Part shown: positions 1 through 9,025 of the stretch, one piece after another
Numbering within the stretch: position 1 is the first letter of the stretch
Layout: each line of letters opens with the position of its first letter
Source: Deltaproteobacteria bacterium RIFCSPHIGHO2_01_FULL_43_49
Lineage (GTDB): Bacteria; UBA10199; SPLOWO2-01-44-7
Direction: 5' to 3'
Assembly: GCA_001798075.1 (NCBI GenBank)
Contig: MGRG01000012.1
Location: forward strand, 91,852-155,851
Length of the DNA: 64,000 nucleotides
Position numbers and translations under genes: made by a program
The notes under the pieces: generated by a model
What the model was told of the DNA's origin: nothing
The model's database searches: none
Seen by the model: only the letters and a program-made list of their open reading frames with translations

Positions 1-576
1 AACAAAAGATATTTTTCCCCTCAGGAAATCAGCGCGACGCTTGAAAAGAGTGCCAAATTTTATAGCTGTGCCAAAAAAGGCGATGCAACGGTTCAATTCG
101 AAATTCAGCCGGATGGTCGTGTATTGGAAGCAGAATTGACTGAGAGTCATGGTTTATCTCTAGTACAAAGGGCTTGTGTCATTACGGCTGCACAAGTTTT
201 TCGTTTTTCACCCTTTGAAGAGTCAGAAACAAAAGGCCATACTCATATTTTTCGTTTTGAAACCCATCGATTTGAAGACCTGCGGCATTCCAAGAGACGG
301 GGTAGTGTTGATACCTATCTAAAATTAGCAAATTCTTTTATCCTCAAACAAAATTATCCAGAGGCGATTACGGCACTTCATATGGCGCTAGAGATCGATC
401 CTAAAAATGCAATGGCATATCGATCTTTGGGAGTGGTGCATTCCAGAATGGGTGAGACAAAGAAGGCCATGGAGGCCTACAGGAGATACCTTGAGTTAGC
501 ACCAGATTCTAAAGAAGCACCCTACATCAAGCAAATGCTACAGGAACACGGGAAGACCTCTCCTCGAAAAAAGTAA
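1..576 (+). CDS. TPR-repeat protein with TonB-C-like N-terminal region (5' partial, open to window edge)
   Basis: Frame 1 has no stop from base 1, so the gene starts upstream of the window; the ORF-track start at 124 is an internal TTG. TPR-like C-terminal half (NYPEAITALHMALEIDPKNAMAYRSLGVVHSRMGETKKAMEAYRRYLEL). N-terminal segment ATVQFEIQPDGRV resembles a TonB C-terminal domain. Confidence 0.5.
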   Translation, partial: NKRYFSPQEISATLEKSAKFYSCAKKGDATVQFEIQPDGRVLEAELTESHGLSLVQRACVITAAQVFRFSPFEESETKGHTHIFRFETHRFEDLRHSKRRGSVDTYLKLANSFILKQNYPEAITALHMALEIDPKNAMAYRSLGVVHSRMGETKKAMEAYRRYLELAPDSKEAPYIKQMLQEHGKTSPRKK

Positions 577-590
577 GATAAACATTGTTC

Positions 591-2003
591 CTACACCGCT
601 GCCGGGGTAGTGTGGGGAGCTTTTGTATCCGCCATTGGTCCAAATCTTCTAACAACACCTAAAGTCGCTCTGACCAGAAGATTTTGATTCTGATTCAACC
701 GATCCCAAAGCCTTTTTCTATCTTCAAGACTCAAATCCCTTCTTTTCAAAGCTCTAGCTGCAATCCCCACTTGTTGAGTGTTCGCTGGCAAAATTTCTGA
801 ATCGGAGAAAGCAGTAAAAATCAGGGAATAGGCATAGGCAAACTCAAATGCCATGTGGGGATCCTTTTCCGTTTCTACCTGCCAGGCAGCCCAGTCATAA
901 AGGATCTGTGCGCCGTGCGGGACAAATTTTTCAACCGCGTAAATGGCGTAAGAAAACGCATCTGCTCTGATTTCATTTGGCAAATGATTATTCTTTGCGA
1001 TGTCTAAAAGGGCAAGCGCTCCATCTATAATTTGCTCCGTATAATGCATAGTGTCGATCAAATCGTTCCCATGAAGCGCTAAAATACCTCCAACCATAAT
1101 CAAAAAGTCGTGCCTATCTGATGTTAAATGTCCTTCAATTGTTTTCAAAAAAGAAAGCGCCCAAGGATTGGCTCTGAAACCCAAAAGATTCGCCAAAATT
1201 CGCCTGCCGGTTCTTCTTAGTTCCCCGTCGGATTCCACACAAGCTTGTCCAAACAATTTTTCGGCAGGGGGTCTTAATCCTTCCAAAATAGCACTACGGT
1301 CATTTATTTCGTCGGACAGCTGAGTCAGACGAGTCATCAAAGTTTCGTGCCAAAGCTCAAGGGCTGATATTCTCCTGTAGGCAGGCGCCCTGTCATCTCT
1401 CCAAACTCTTTCCAAGTTCGTTTGTATTTCCTCCTTCGAGGTGCCAGGGGTCATGCCAAAATCTCCTAAATCATGGGCAAGACGAAAACGATCTTGCATC
1501 TCAGGATCGCGTCTATATGCCATTCTAACGATCATTTCATGCTGGCTACCGATGCGAATGCGCTGAGCAAATGCATCACTTGTCAGACCAACCGGTCTTG
1601 CCGGTCTTCCCGGTTGACGCAATTGTAAAAGCCGTGTGTCCAATATTTTTTTACCTTTCTTTTCAACAAGACTCTCTTTGATTGCGGCTCTTCCCAAAGC
1701 ATAATGACCACTTCTCAGGTTCTCAAGATTATTCGCAAAACCCCCTCTTGCGTAGTCTAGTCTCACCCTCGCATTATGATCATCATAGGGTCCCGAAATA
1801 TGGACGAATGACATAAGAATTCTTTTAGTAAACATGCCTGCAGTAAAAACATCTGCAACCGCTGCTAAACTCTCATAATCTTCTTCATTTGAAGCGAAGT
1901 CAGGTTTTGTATCTAAGGCGTGCCAGAATTCTTTCGGGCCGACCAGTAGGGCATCAACCAATGGGGTAACCGCATTTGTAATAAGAACCTGTGATCCAGT
2001 CAT
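591..2003 (-). CDS. hypothetical protein (470 aa)
   Basis: Long intact ORF with ATG start, convergent with the upstream TPR gene; no motif recognised by eye. Confidence 0.55.
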   Translation of the reverse strand: MTGSQVLITNAVTPLVDALLVGPKEFWHALDTKPDFASNEEDYESLAAVADVFTAGMFTKRILMSFVHISGPYDDHNARVRLDYARGGFANNLENLRSGHYALGRAAIKESLVEKKGKKILDTRLLQLRQPGRPARPVGLTSDAFAQRIRIGSQHEMIVRMAYRRDPEMQDRFRLAHDLGDFGMTPGTSKEEIQTNLERVWRDDRAPAYRRISALELWHETLMTRLTQLSDEINDRSAILEGLRPPAEKLFGQACVESDGELRRTGRRILANLLGFRANPWALSFLKTIEGHLTSDRHDFLIMVGGILALHGNDLIDTMHYTEQIIDGALALLDIAKNNHLPNEIRADAFSYAIYAVEKFVPHGAQILYDWAAWQVETEKDPHMAFEFAYAYSLIFTAFSDSEILPANTQQVGIAARALKRRDLSLEDRKRLWDRLNQNQNLLVRATLGVVRRFGPMADTKAPHTTPAAV

Positions 2004-2100
2004 AAAGCCTCTCTACAAGCGAGTCGTATAAAACATCTCGCGCTAAGTCAAATCATTTTGCCAAGCAACTTTTTTTGAATAGTGGCGATAGTATAGGTGT

Positions 2101-2874
2101 ATGCTTTCGGCCGCACAAATCTTTTTAGGAGTGGGACCTGCTATTTATTCAAATCCCATTTTAGCAGGTGAGGCAATAGCAAGTGCTCCTATATTGGGTG
2201 CCGAAGTGATCACCTTAGCCGATGCCTATGAAAACGTGTATCGAAAAAGGGGCATCCTTTTTCGAAGGAGTTTAGATGAATATAGAGAGGGTCTCAAAGA
2301 AGGAAATGATTACAAGACCTCGAGAGCCAAAGCGTCTTTAGCCAAACATGTTACAGCAACAAGTCTGAAGGTATGGAAGCAAATCCTTGCCAAGATTCAA
2401 AAGACCGGCTGGGCCACTTCTGGAGGCTTGTTTGCGACACCACAAGCCAAGTGGAAAATCGTCACCAATAACTTCTTTAAAAGTCTCAAAAACGTCAGTA
2501 TCATTGCAAGACGGCCGGGAGAGACTCTATCATTTAAGCCTCCCTGGATCAATTTCCCGCCGACCCCTTGTGATTTCGATTTTTTGTATGACAATATTGG
2601 ACAGCAGGTCGGTTACATTGGATACCATGATGAAGCTGACAAATTTATCTTAACGGATATAAGGGTGTATCGTCCGCGCGAGGGTATTGGATCAGCAGTG
2701 CTTAAGTGGCTTGCCCAACGTGCTGCAAATAGGGGTCGCAGATTTGTTCTTAAGGATGTTGAGAATCCCACTATCAATCGGATTGTCATAAGAGAAAAGA
2801 TATTTGAGGGACGGCCTCGACACATTCTCAAAGACGGCGCGCTGAACATTACAGGTAGGCCAAGAAAATACTAA
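2101..2874 (+). CDS. hypothetical protein, possible GNAT-like C-terminal region
   Basis: ATG start; C-terminal stretch REGIGSAVLKWLAQRAANRGRRFVL loosely resembles the acetyl-CoA binding motif of GNAT acetyltransferases. Weak. Confidence 0.4.
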   Translation: MLSAAQIFLGVGPAIYSNPILAGEAIASAPILGAEVITLADAYENVYRKRGILFRRSLDEYREGLKEGNDYKTSRAKASLAKHVTATSLKVWKQILAKIQKTGWATSGGLFATPQAKWKIVTNNFFKSLKNVSIIARRPGETLSFKPPWINFPPTPCDFDFLYDNIGQQVGYIGYHDEADKFILTDIRVYRPREGIGSAVLKWLAQRAANRGRRFVLKDVENPTINRIVIREKIFEGRPRHILKDGALNITGRPRKY

Positions 2875-3382
2875 AGAATCCAATCGCTCTCTTGGGTTTT
2901 AGGGGTGGTGGTTCCATGAGTTGTCGAATGGCGTTGAATAAGGAACGGATATGGGTGTCATGTTGAGCAACTTTCTGCTCTATTTCATTTAGTTTTCTAA
3001 AGAGCTCTTTGTGTTGAGATAACATCTCTCGCATTTTTACAAAAGCCCGGACTACATAAATGCTGACCTCGACGGCTCTTTGGCTGTTTAGAATAGATGC
3101 CGCCATAACTGCTCCATGTTCTGTAAAGGCATAGGGTAACCCTTTGTAAAACTTTAGGTTTTTGAGGTGGTCACAATTTGTGACCAGTTCATTTTTCTCT
3201 TCCTCAGACAATTGGATTATGAAATCTTGTGGAAACCGCTGTCGATTGCGCTTCACCGCTTGGTTAAAGACCTTAGTTGGAACCCCGTAGAGCGTCGCCA
3301 AATCAACATCCAGAATGACCTTTTCTCCACGTATGAGAAAAATCCGGTGGGTAATGTCTTCAGTCGGAATCAAATCATTCAT
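2849..3382 (-). CDS. ORF6N-domain protein (phage-associated putative DNA-binding protein)
   Basis: IRGEKVILDVDLATLYGVPTKVFNQAVKRNRQRFPQDFIIQL...LPYAFTEHGAVMAASILNSQRAVEVSIYVVRAFVKMRE matches the ORF6N domain pattern as I recall it. Confidence 0.7.
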   Translation of the reverse strand: MNDLIPTEDITHRIFLIRGEKVILDVDLATLYGVPTKVFNQAVKRNRQRFPQDFIIQLSEEEKNELVTNCDHLKNLKFYKGLPYAFTEHGAVMAASILNSQRAVEVSIYVVRAFVKMREMLSQHKELFRKLNEIEQKVAQHDTHIRSLFNAIRQLMEPPPLKPKRAIGFFSIFLAYL

Positions 3383-3547
3383 GGTTTCTTCTTAAGCAAA
3401 CCGTGTGCCAGTTTTAACGGTGTTAAAATGGCTTTGGTAGTGAGTAGGTGACCGATTTGAAGCAGCTACTGACGGGAAATTGGCAGGCAAGCCATGGTTG
3501 ACTTAAAGCTAGTGTCATGACAAAAAGCGCAAATCTTGGAGGTCTCT

Positions 3548-4705
3548 ATGAATGAAGCTGTGATTGTCGCTGCAGTACGCTCACCAATGGGAAGGGCTAA
3601 CAAAGGACAGTTTATCCACACACGCATTGATGACTTAGCAGCCGAAGTGATTCGTGCTGCACTTGCCAGAGTTCCGCAGATCAAACCGGAAATGGTTGAA
3701 GATGTTTTGATCGGTTGTGCGATGCCGGAAGGGGAGCAGGGCCTCAACGTTGCCCGCAACATCAGTTTTTTAGCCGGCATTCCTTTTGGTGCCGGCGCTG
3801 TGACGGTGAATCGTTTCTGTGCTTCCTCTTTAACAACAATCAATATGGCTGCCGATGCGGTTTTGAGTGGCGGGGCCGATATTTGTGTGACCGGCGGGAT
3901 CGAATCGATGAGTCATGTTCCGATGGGCGGGTTTAATCCAAGCCTCAATGAAAAACTTTTTGGTGATGGAAAACCGGCGGCCTACATCGGAATGGGAGAG
4001 GTCGCAGAAATTTTGGCAACAAAATATAAAATTTCTCGTGAAGAACAAGACAGATTTTCCCTCGGCTCTCATCAAAAAGCAATCAAGGCGCAAAAAGAAG
4101 GAAAATTGAAAAAAGAAATTTTGGAATGCTCTACGGTTCAAGCCGATGGTTCGATCAAAAAAGTTTTAGTCGATGAAGGTCCGAGAGAAGATACGACACT
4201 TGAAAAATTGGCACAGTTGAAGCCGGCCTTCAAGGCCAATGGTACAGTGACTGCAGGAAATTCTTCACCCCTCACCGATGGAGCGGCGTGTGTGATTGTG
4301 ATGTCGGCTGCCAAAGCAAAACAGCTTGGAATCAAACCTTTGGCGAAAATTAGGAGTTGGGCAGTGGCCGGAGTCGATCCAGCCCTCATGGGAATTGGTC
4401 CTGTGGATGCTGTGCCGAAAGCGTTAAAGAAAGCAGGGATGAAACTCTCCGATGTTGATTTGTTGGAACTCAACGAAGCTTTTGCTGTCCAGGTCTTGGC
4501 GGTATCGAGAGATTTGAATTGGGACATGACGAAACTCAATGTCCATGGGGGCGCGATTGCTTTGGGTCACCCGCTAGGGTGTAGCGGTGCTCGAATCATG
4601 GCAACCCTCCTCAATGCCTTGGAAATCTACAACAAGGCGATCGGCCTGGAGACATTGTGTGTCGGCGGCGGCCAAGGTGTGGCGACCATTGTTGAAAGAC
4701 TATAA
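3548..4705 (+). CDS. fadA: acetyl-CoA C-acyltransferase (thiolase)
   Basis: Thiolase signatures (VAAVRSPMGRANKG, NRFCASSLTTINMAADAV, C-terminal GLETLCVGGGQGVATIVE). ATG at 3548 with GGAGG 5 nt upstream; the track start at 3536 is TTG. Confidence 0.9.
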   Translation: MNEAVIVAAVRSPMGRANKGQFIHTRIDDLAAEVIRAALARVPQIKPEMVEDVLIGCAMPEGEQGLNVARNISFLAGIPFGAGAVTVNRFCASSLTTINMAADAVLSGGADICVTGGIESMSHVPMGGFNPSLNEKLFGDGKPAAYIGMGEVAEILATKYKISREEQDRFSLGSHQKAIKAQKEGKLKKEILECSTVQADGSIKKVLVDEGPREDTTLEKLAQLKPAFKANGTVTAGNSSPLTDGAACVIVMSAAKAKQLGIKPLAKIRSWAVAGVDPALMGIGPVDAVPKALKKAGMKLSDVDLLELNEAFAVQVLAVSRDLNWDMTKLNVHGGAIALGHPLGCSGARIMATLLNALEIYNKAIGLETLCVGGGQGVATIVERL

Positions 4706-6954
4706 TGTTATCGATCAAAAAAGCAGCGGTGATTGGTTCGGGAGTCATGGGGTCTGGAATTGCGGCCCATTTGGCCAACTGCGGGATTCCTTCTTATCTG
4801 TTGGATGTTGTTCCTCCCGATTTAGAAAAAATTCGGAAAGCTAGCCCAGCTCATTTATATGATGCCGATGACATTCGTCTCATCACTGTGGGACTATTGG
4901 ACCAAAATTTAGAAAAACTCAGAGAGTGCGACTGGATCATTGAGGCCGTCACCGAAAAGCTCGATGTCAAAAAAAATCTCTACAACAAAATCAAACCCTA
5001 CATTAGAGATTCTGCTTGGGTCTCTTCAAATACTTCTGGTCTTCCACTAAATGAATTAAAGTTTCGCGATAAATTCTGCATCACACATTTTTTCAATCCG
5101 CCACGCTATTTGAAGCTGATCGAAGTTGTTGGGGAAGCCAAAGAATTAGTGGAATTTATCGAAGAAAAATTGGGAAAAGGTGTTGTGAAGGCCAAAGATA
5201 CTCCTAACTTCATTGCCAATCGTATTGGTGTGTTTCATGTTTATGACTGCTTTCACATGACTTATGAAAAAAACTGGCCCCTTTCAAATGTGGAAAAAGT
5301 GATGGGACCTGCCACACTTCACCCCAAGAGTGCTGCTTTTAGAACATGTGATTTGGTGGGGTTGGATACGCTAAGCCTCGTTGCCAAGACTTGTTATGAT
5401 GGATGTAAAGAGGATGAGAACCGAAATCGCTTCAAAAACCCTGCCTTTTTGGACCAGATGATTGCCAAAGGATTGGTAGGTGCCAAAGTTGGCCAAGGTT
5501 TTTACAAAAAGGATAAAGAGACGAAGGAGATTTTGGCAATCAATTTACAAACACTAGAGTACGGCCCTCAACAAAAATTCAGAGCTGATTCTTTGGGCAA
5601 AGTTCGGGAAATGACAGAGCCTGCTGAAAAACTTCGCACCGTTGTCTTTGCTGATGATGAAGCAGGGCAGATCGCCTGGCCCTTGATGTCGAACATGCTG
5701 GTCTATGCTGCCAATCGCGTTCCAGAAATTTCAGATTCGATTGAAGATGTGGATAGAGCATTGCGCTGGGGATTTGGTTGGGAGCTCGGTCCTTTCGAAA
5801 TGTGGGATGCCTTGGGAGTTCCCCAGGTGGTAGAGCGTTTGCAAAAAGAGGGGCGTGCGGTTCCAAAATTGGTTCAAGAAATTCTAAAAAAAGGTGGAAA
5901 GTTTTATCCAAAGCCCAATCTGACCTTTTTGAAATCTCGCAAGGCTAATGGCGGTGTGGTCGAGAGCAATGCCGGCGGCTCCATTGTCGATTTAGGCGAT
6001 GGCGTTTTCTGCGCTGAGTTTCAATCCAAGATGAATGCCATCGATGGGGATGTCATAGAAACGATCAATAAAGCCCTCGCTAGGGCTGAGAAAGAGGGAT
6101 TGGGAGTAGTTATTACAAACGAGGGTGAGAATTTTTCAGTGGGTGCCAATTTGATGCTCATTTTACTCACCGCCCAACAAAAAGATTGGAAGCAACTCGA
6201 CTACATCGTTCAGGAATTTCAAAAAACGATGCAGAAAATTAGGTTTAGTCCAAAACCAGTAGTGGCGGCCCCGTTTAATTTGGTTTTAGGCGGAGGTTGT
6301 GAGGTTTGTCTCTCCGCCGCTCATATTGAGGCCCATGCTGAAACCTACATGGGTTTAGTGGAAGTCGGTGTCGGCATTCTTCCTGCCGGTGGCGGTTGTA
6401 AAAATATGATTCTGCGTTGGGAAGAAAAATTAACAAAACCCAAAAGCCCTCAAAATATGATTTGGTTTTCTCCGCTCGATGGCGGTGTTTTTCCAAAAGT
6501 GGGCAAATCTTTTGAGATGATTGCAATGGGAAAAGTTGCGACCTCCGCCAAAGAGGGAAAGAAATTTGGGCTTTTGAGAAAAAGTGATGGCGTTACTTTG
6601 AATAGAGATAATTTAACTCAGGCAGCCAAGAAAAAAGTTTTGGAACTTGCCAAAAATTATCAGCCCCCAAAAATGCGTGAAGATATTCAGCTGCCGGGCC
6701 GGGGTGGAGAAGTTGCTCTTGTCAGCGGTGCCCATGCTTTCTATTTGCGTGGCGAAATTAGTGATCACGATATGCTGATTGCCAAAACGGTTGCCCATGT
6801 TTTGGCGGGTGGCGATATGCCAACAATCCACTATACCTCCGAGCAGCATATTTTGGATTTGGAACGGGAAGCCTTCCTCAAACTCTGCGGTGAAGAAAAG
6901 ACTCAAGCCCGCATGCAGCACATGCTGATGAACGGAAAACCGCTTCGTAACTAG
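4705..6954 (+). CDS. fused 3-hydroxyacyl-CoA dehydrogenase / enoyl-CoA hydratase
   Basis: N-terminal NAD Rossmann motif AAVIGSGVMGSGIAAHLA; C-terminal crotonase-like region (VVAAPFNLVLGGGCEVCLSAAH). Start ATG overlaps the thiolase stop (TAATG), so the two are an operon. Confidence 0.9.
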   Translation: MLSIKKAAVIGSGVMGSGIAAHLANCGIPSYLLDVVPPDLEKIRKASPAHLYDADDIRLITVGLLDQNLEKLRECDWIIEAVTEKLDVKKNLYNKIKPYIRDSAWVSSNTSGLPLNELKFRDKFCITHFFNPPRYLKLIEVVGEAKELVEFIEEKLGKGVVKAKDTPNFIANRIGVFHVYDCFHMTYEKNWPLSNVEKVMGPATLHPKSAAFRTCDLVGLDTLSLVAKTCYDGCKEDENRNRFKNPAFLDQMIAKGLVGAKVGQGFYKKDKETKEILAINLQTLEYGPQQKFRADSLGKVREMTEPAEKLRTVVFADDEAGQIAWPLMSNMLVYAANRVPEISDSIEDVDRALRWGFGWELGPFEMWDALGVPQVVERLQKEGRAVPKLVQEILKKGGKFYPKPNLTFLKSRKANGGVVESNAGGSIVDLGDGVFCAEFQSKMNAIDGDVIETINKALARAEKEGLGVVITNEGENFSVGANLMLILLTAQQKDWKQLDYIVQEFQKTMQKIRFSPKPVVAAPFNLVLGGGCEVCLSAAHIEAHAETYMGLVEVGVGILPAGGGCKNMILRWEEKLTKPKSPQNMIWFSPLDGGVFPKVGKSFEMIAMGKVATSAKEGKKFGLLRKSDGVTLNRDNLTQAAKKKVLELAKNYQPPKMREDIQLPGRGGEVALVSGAHAFYLRGEISDHDMLIAKTVAHVLAGGDMPTIHYTSEQHILDLEREAFLKLCGEEKTQARMQHMLMNGKPLRN

Positions 6955-7064
6955 TTGATCTTACTTGATAATTTCCAACTAAAAAAAAATTTTAAAAAAT
7001 TTTAGCAACAAATTTAGAATTCTGCCGATAATAAGTGTAAGGGGATGAATTTTAGGAGGTTTAT

Positions 7065-7400
7065 ATGTCAGGTATTGAGTGTAAAAAAGGAACTGGTTTT
7101 CTCGATTTTGATCTGGCTAGATCTTGTAAGGAAGAGTTGGAGCAAAAACACAAGAAGCCCTTTCACATAGCAGTGTCAGAAGTAGGGATGTGGTCAAACC
7201 TTTATGTTCGAGAAGGTTTACAAGAAAATTGTGCTACAGATGCTGTCTTTAAAGATTTTATGGGTGATAACGAAGCGGCGGCAAGGGATTGTGCCAATTC
7301 GTTAATGGTTTTAGCAGGCAAACCGCATGTTACTATACGTGCTTTAGTCAATCGCATCTTTTCCGATCATTGGAAGGTCGAATTGATGAAAAAGAAATAG
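7065..7400 (+). CDS. hypothetical protein (111 aa), first small cassette
   Basis: ATG with AGGAGG RBS upstream; no recognisable domain. Confidence 0.45.
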   Translation: MSGIECKKGTGFLDFDLARSCKEELEQKHKKPFHIAVSEVGMWSNLYVREGLQENCATDAVFKDFMGDNEAAARDCANSLMVLAGKPHVTIRALVNRIFSDHWKVELMKKK

Positions 7401-7402
7401 TA

Positions 7403-7456
7403 CTAAATTGTTTTTGCGAGGCCGGCGGTTTTCTTTTGTAAAGTTTCCAAATTATT
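7403..7456 (-). pseudogene. 3' remnant of a paralog of the 115-aa gene at 9026-9373 (encodes ..NNLETLQKKTAGLAKTI*)
   Basis: Reverse-complement translation matches the C-terminus of the 9026-9373 product (LETIQKKTTQLAKSV*). Immediately follows the stop of the 7065-7400 cassette. Confidence 0.6.
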
Positions 7457-7514
7457 CAATTCTTAATAAAAAATAGAACTTTAAGAATTCAAATATCTCT
7501 GTTATGATCAATCC

Positions 7515-7826
7515 GTGGCCATAGATAAGATTCGGAACTGCCTCGGCAATTTAAAATTCACGAGCCACGCCAAAAATGGGATGTTAAAGGAAGAGTTAGG
7601 CGAAATTACCGAATCTGATATTCGAGAAGCGTTAGTTCAAGGGGAAGTGATTGAGAGTTATATGGAGGATCAACCTTATCCAAGTTTTTTAGTCTATGGA
7701 GAGACAAGCCAGAAGAGACCGTTGCATGTTGTTTGCGCTCCGATTGTTGAGGAGACTACATTAGTTATTATAACTGTTTATGAACCTGATCCGACCAAAT
7801 GGATCAAGTTTCGAAGGAGGATTTGA
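7515..7826 (+). CDS. DUF4258-family protein (toxin-like component of a two-gene module)
   Basis: EVIESYMEDQPYPSFLVYGETSQKRPLHVVCAPIVEETTLVIITVYEPDPTKW matches the DUF4258 pattern as I recall it. GTG start (uncertain). Confidence 0.7.
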   Translation: MAIDKIRNCLGNLKFTSHAKNGMLKEELGEITESDIREALVQGEVIESYMEDQPYPSFLVYGETSQKRPLHVVCAPIVEETTLVIITVYEPDPTKWIKFRRRI

Positions 7827-8053
7827 TGAAATGTGTTTTTTGTAAAGGATCTTTGGTTAAGAAGATGGTGGAAGAGGAAGTTAAAGCGGGCAATGATCAT
7901 ATTTTAGCTGAGGTGGAAGCAGAAGTTTGCGTCAACTGTCATGAACGTTATTTTCCACAAGGAACCATTGACTATCTTCAAAAGCTTAAAAAAGAGCTGA
8001 AGAATAAAAAGGAACAGTTCAAACCGGTGGGGCAAGTTTTTCGAGCAGCCTGA
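7826..8053 (+). CDS. YgiT-type zinc-finger protein (MqsA-like antitoxin-type partner)
   Basis: MKCVFCKG...EVCVNCHERYF has two CxxC pairs. ATG overlaps the DUF4258 stop (TGATG), with AGGAGG upstream. Confidence 0.65.
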   Translation: MKCVFCKGSLVKKMVEEEVKAGNDHILAEVEAEVCVNCHERYFPQGTIDYLQKLKKELKNKKEQFKPVGQVFRAA

Positions 8054-8079
8054 AATAAAACCACTTCGCAGATAAGAAA

Positions 8080-8166
8080 TTAAACAGTTTTTGCGAGGCC
8101 GGTAGTTTTTTTCTGAAGCGTTTCCAACCGAGACAAATAAGAATCCAACTGGCCGATTTGCCTTTG
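8080..8166 (-). pseudogene. 3' remnant of a paralog of the 115-aa gene (encodes ..RQIGQLDSYLSRLETLQKKTTGLAKTV*)
   Basis: Reverse-complement translation aligns with the C-terminus of the 9026-9373 product (QKIGRLDSYLSRLETIQKKTTQLAKSV*). Follows the stop of the zinc-finger gene. Confidence 0.65.
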
Positions 8167-8192
8167 AGGAACTGATTGCGTTTGTCCAATGG

Positions 8193-8438
8193 ATGGATTA
8201 TGCTGATGGTGTGAAAAAGATGACTAAGAAAGAGGGCAAAGCTTATTTGAAAAGATGGAGAGAGGTGCGTTCTATTTTGGCCAAAGAATGGCAGAGGCCA
8301 TCGTTGGCAGAAAGGTTTAAAGAATTTCTATTTTTACTCGACAATTGGTCTTTCTTTTCCTCCTATGAAAAGGGCGTAAAACGCGGCAATATTTCAAATA
8401 ACTGGGCACGGTTGAGAAGACGAGTTCAACATGGCTAA
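8193..8438 (+). CDS. hypothetical protein (81 aa), upstream partner of nucleotidyltransferase-fold gene
   Basis: ATG start; 8-nt overlap with the next gene; no recognised domain. Confidence 0.4.
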   Translation: MDYADGVKKMTKKEGKAYLKRWREVRSILAKEWQRPSLAERFKEFLFLLDNWSFFSSYEKGVKRGNISNNWARLRRRVQHG

Positions 8439-9018
8439 GGTGCAAAGCCTTTCAAAACCATTTCAAATTGCCTTAAAAGATCTATTTACTTGGTTTCATT
8501 CTTCCAAAGTTCGTGGATTAGTTATTGGAGGGGTAGCGTTGGCTTTTTTGGGGCGTCCCCGTTTGACGAAGGATATTGACGCGTTGGTGATGGTGAATTT
8601 GGATGATGTGGAAAGTTTTTTGAAATCAGGGCGACATTATAGCTTTGTTCCGCGTATCTCGGACCCTATTGCTTTTGCAAAGAAAAATCGGGTGCTACTT
8701 TTGAAACATACAAGAACAAAACTACCAATAGACATTTCTTTAGGAGCGCTTTCGTTTGAAGAAGAAAGTTTTCAACGAAGTAAAAAATTTTATGAGGGAA
8801 ATTTATCTATTCGATTTCCGACAACGGAAGACTTGATTATCATGAAAGCGGTTGCCCATCGCCCCCAGGATTTGGCAGATGTTGAAACACTTTTGTTGGT
8901 AAATCCCAGGGTGGATCTGAGACGTATTCGCAAGTGGGTTAAGGAGTTTGCAAAAGTTCTCGAGATGCCCGAGTTACTTCAAGATTTAGAAAGACTTTTG
9001 AAGGAGACAAAGAAATAA
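8431..9018 (+). CDS. nucleotidyltransferase-fold protein (pol-beta superfamily, AbiEii/MNT-like)
   Basis: LVIGGVALAFLGRPRLTKDIDALV resembles the GG...D.D nucleotidyltransferase motif; C-terminal IMKAVAHRPQDLADVETLL. Confidence 0.5.
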   Translation: MAKVQSLSKPFQIALKDLFTWFHSSKVRGLVIGGVALAFLGRPRLTKDIDALVMVNLDDVESFLKSGRHYSFVPRISDPIAFAKKNRVLLLKHTRTKLPIDISLGALSFEEESFQRSKKFYEGNLSIRFPTTEDLIIMKAVAHRPQDLADVETLLLVNPRVDLRRIRKWVKEFAKVLEMPELLQDLERLLKETKK

Positions 9019-9025
9019 TCCTCTT

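Noticed and set aside
124-576. ORF-track start at 124 for the first gene
   Set aside because: The codon at 124 is an internal TTG and the frame is open back to base 1, so the gene is annotated as a 5' partial.
2387-2883. Multiple small ORFs in the track nested in or antisense to larger genes (for example 2387-2653, 2397-2594, 2613-2849, and many others window-wide)
   Set aside because: They overlap better-supported genes with recognisable products and show no domain signal, so they are treated as spurious frames.
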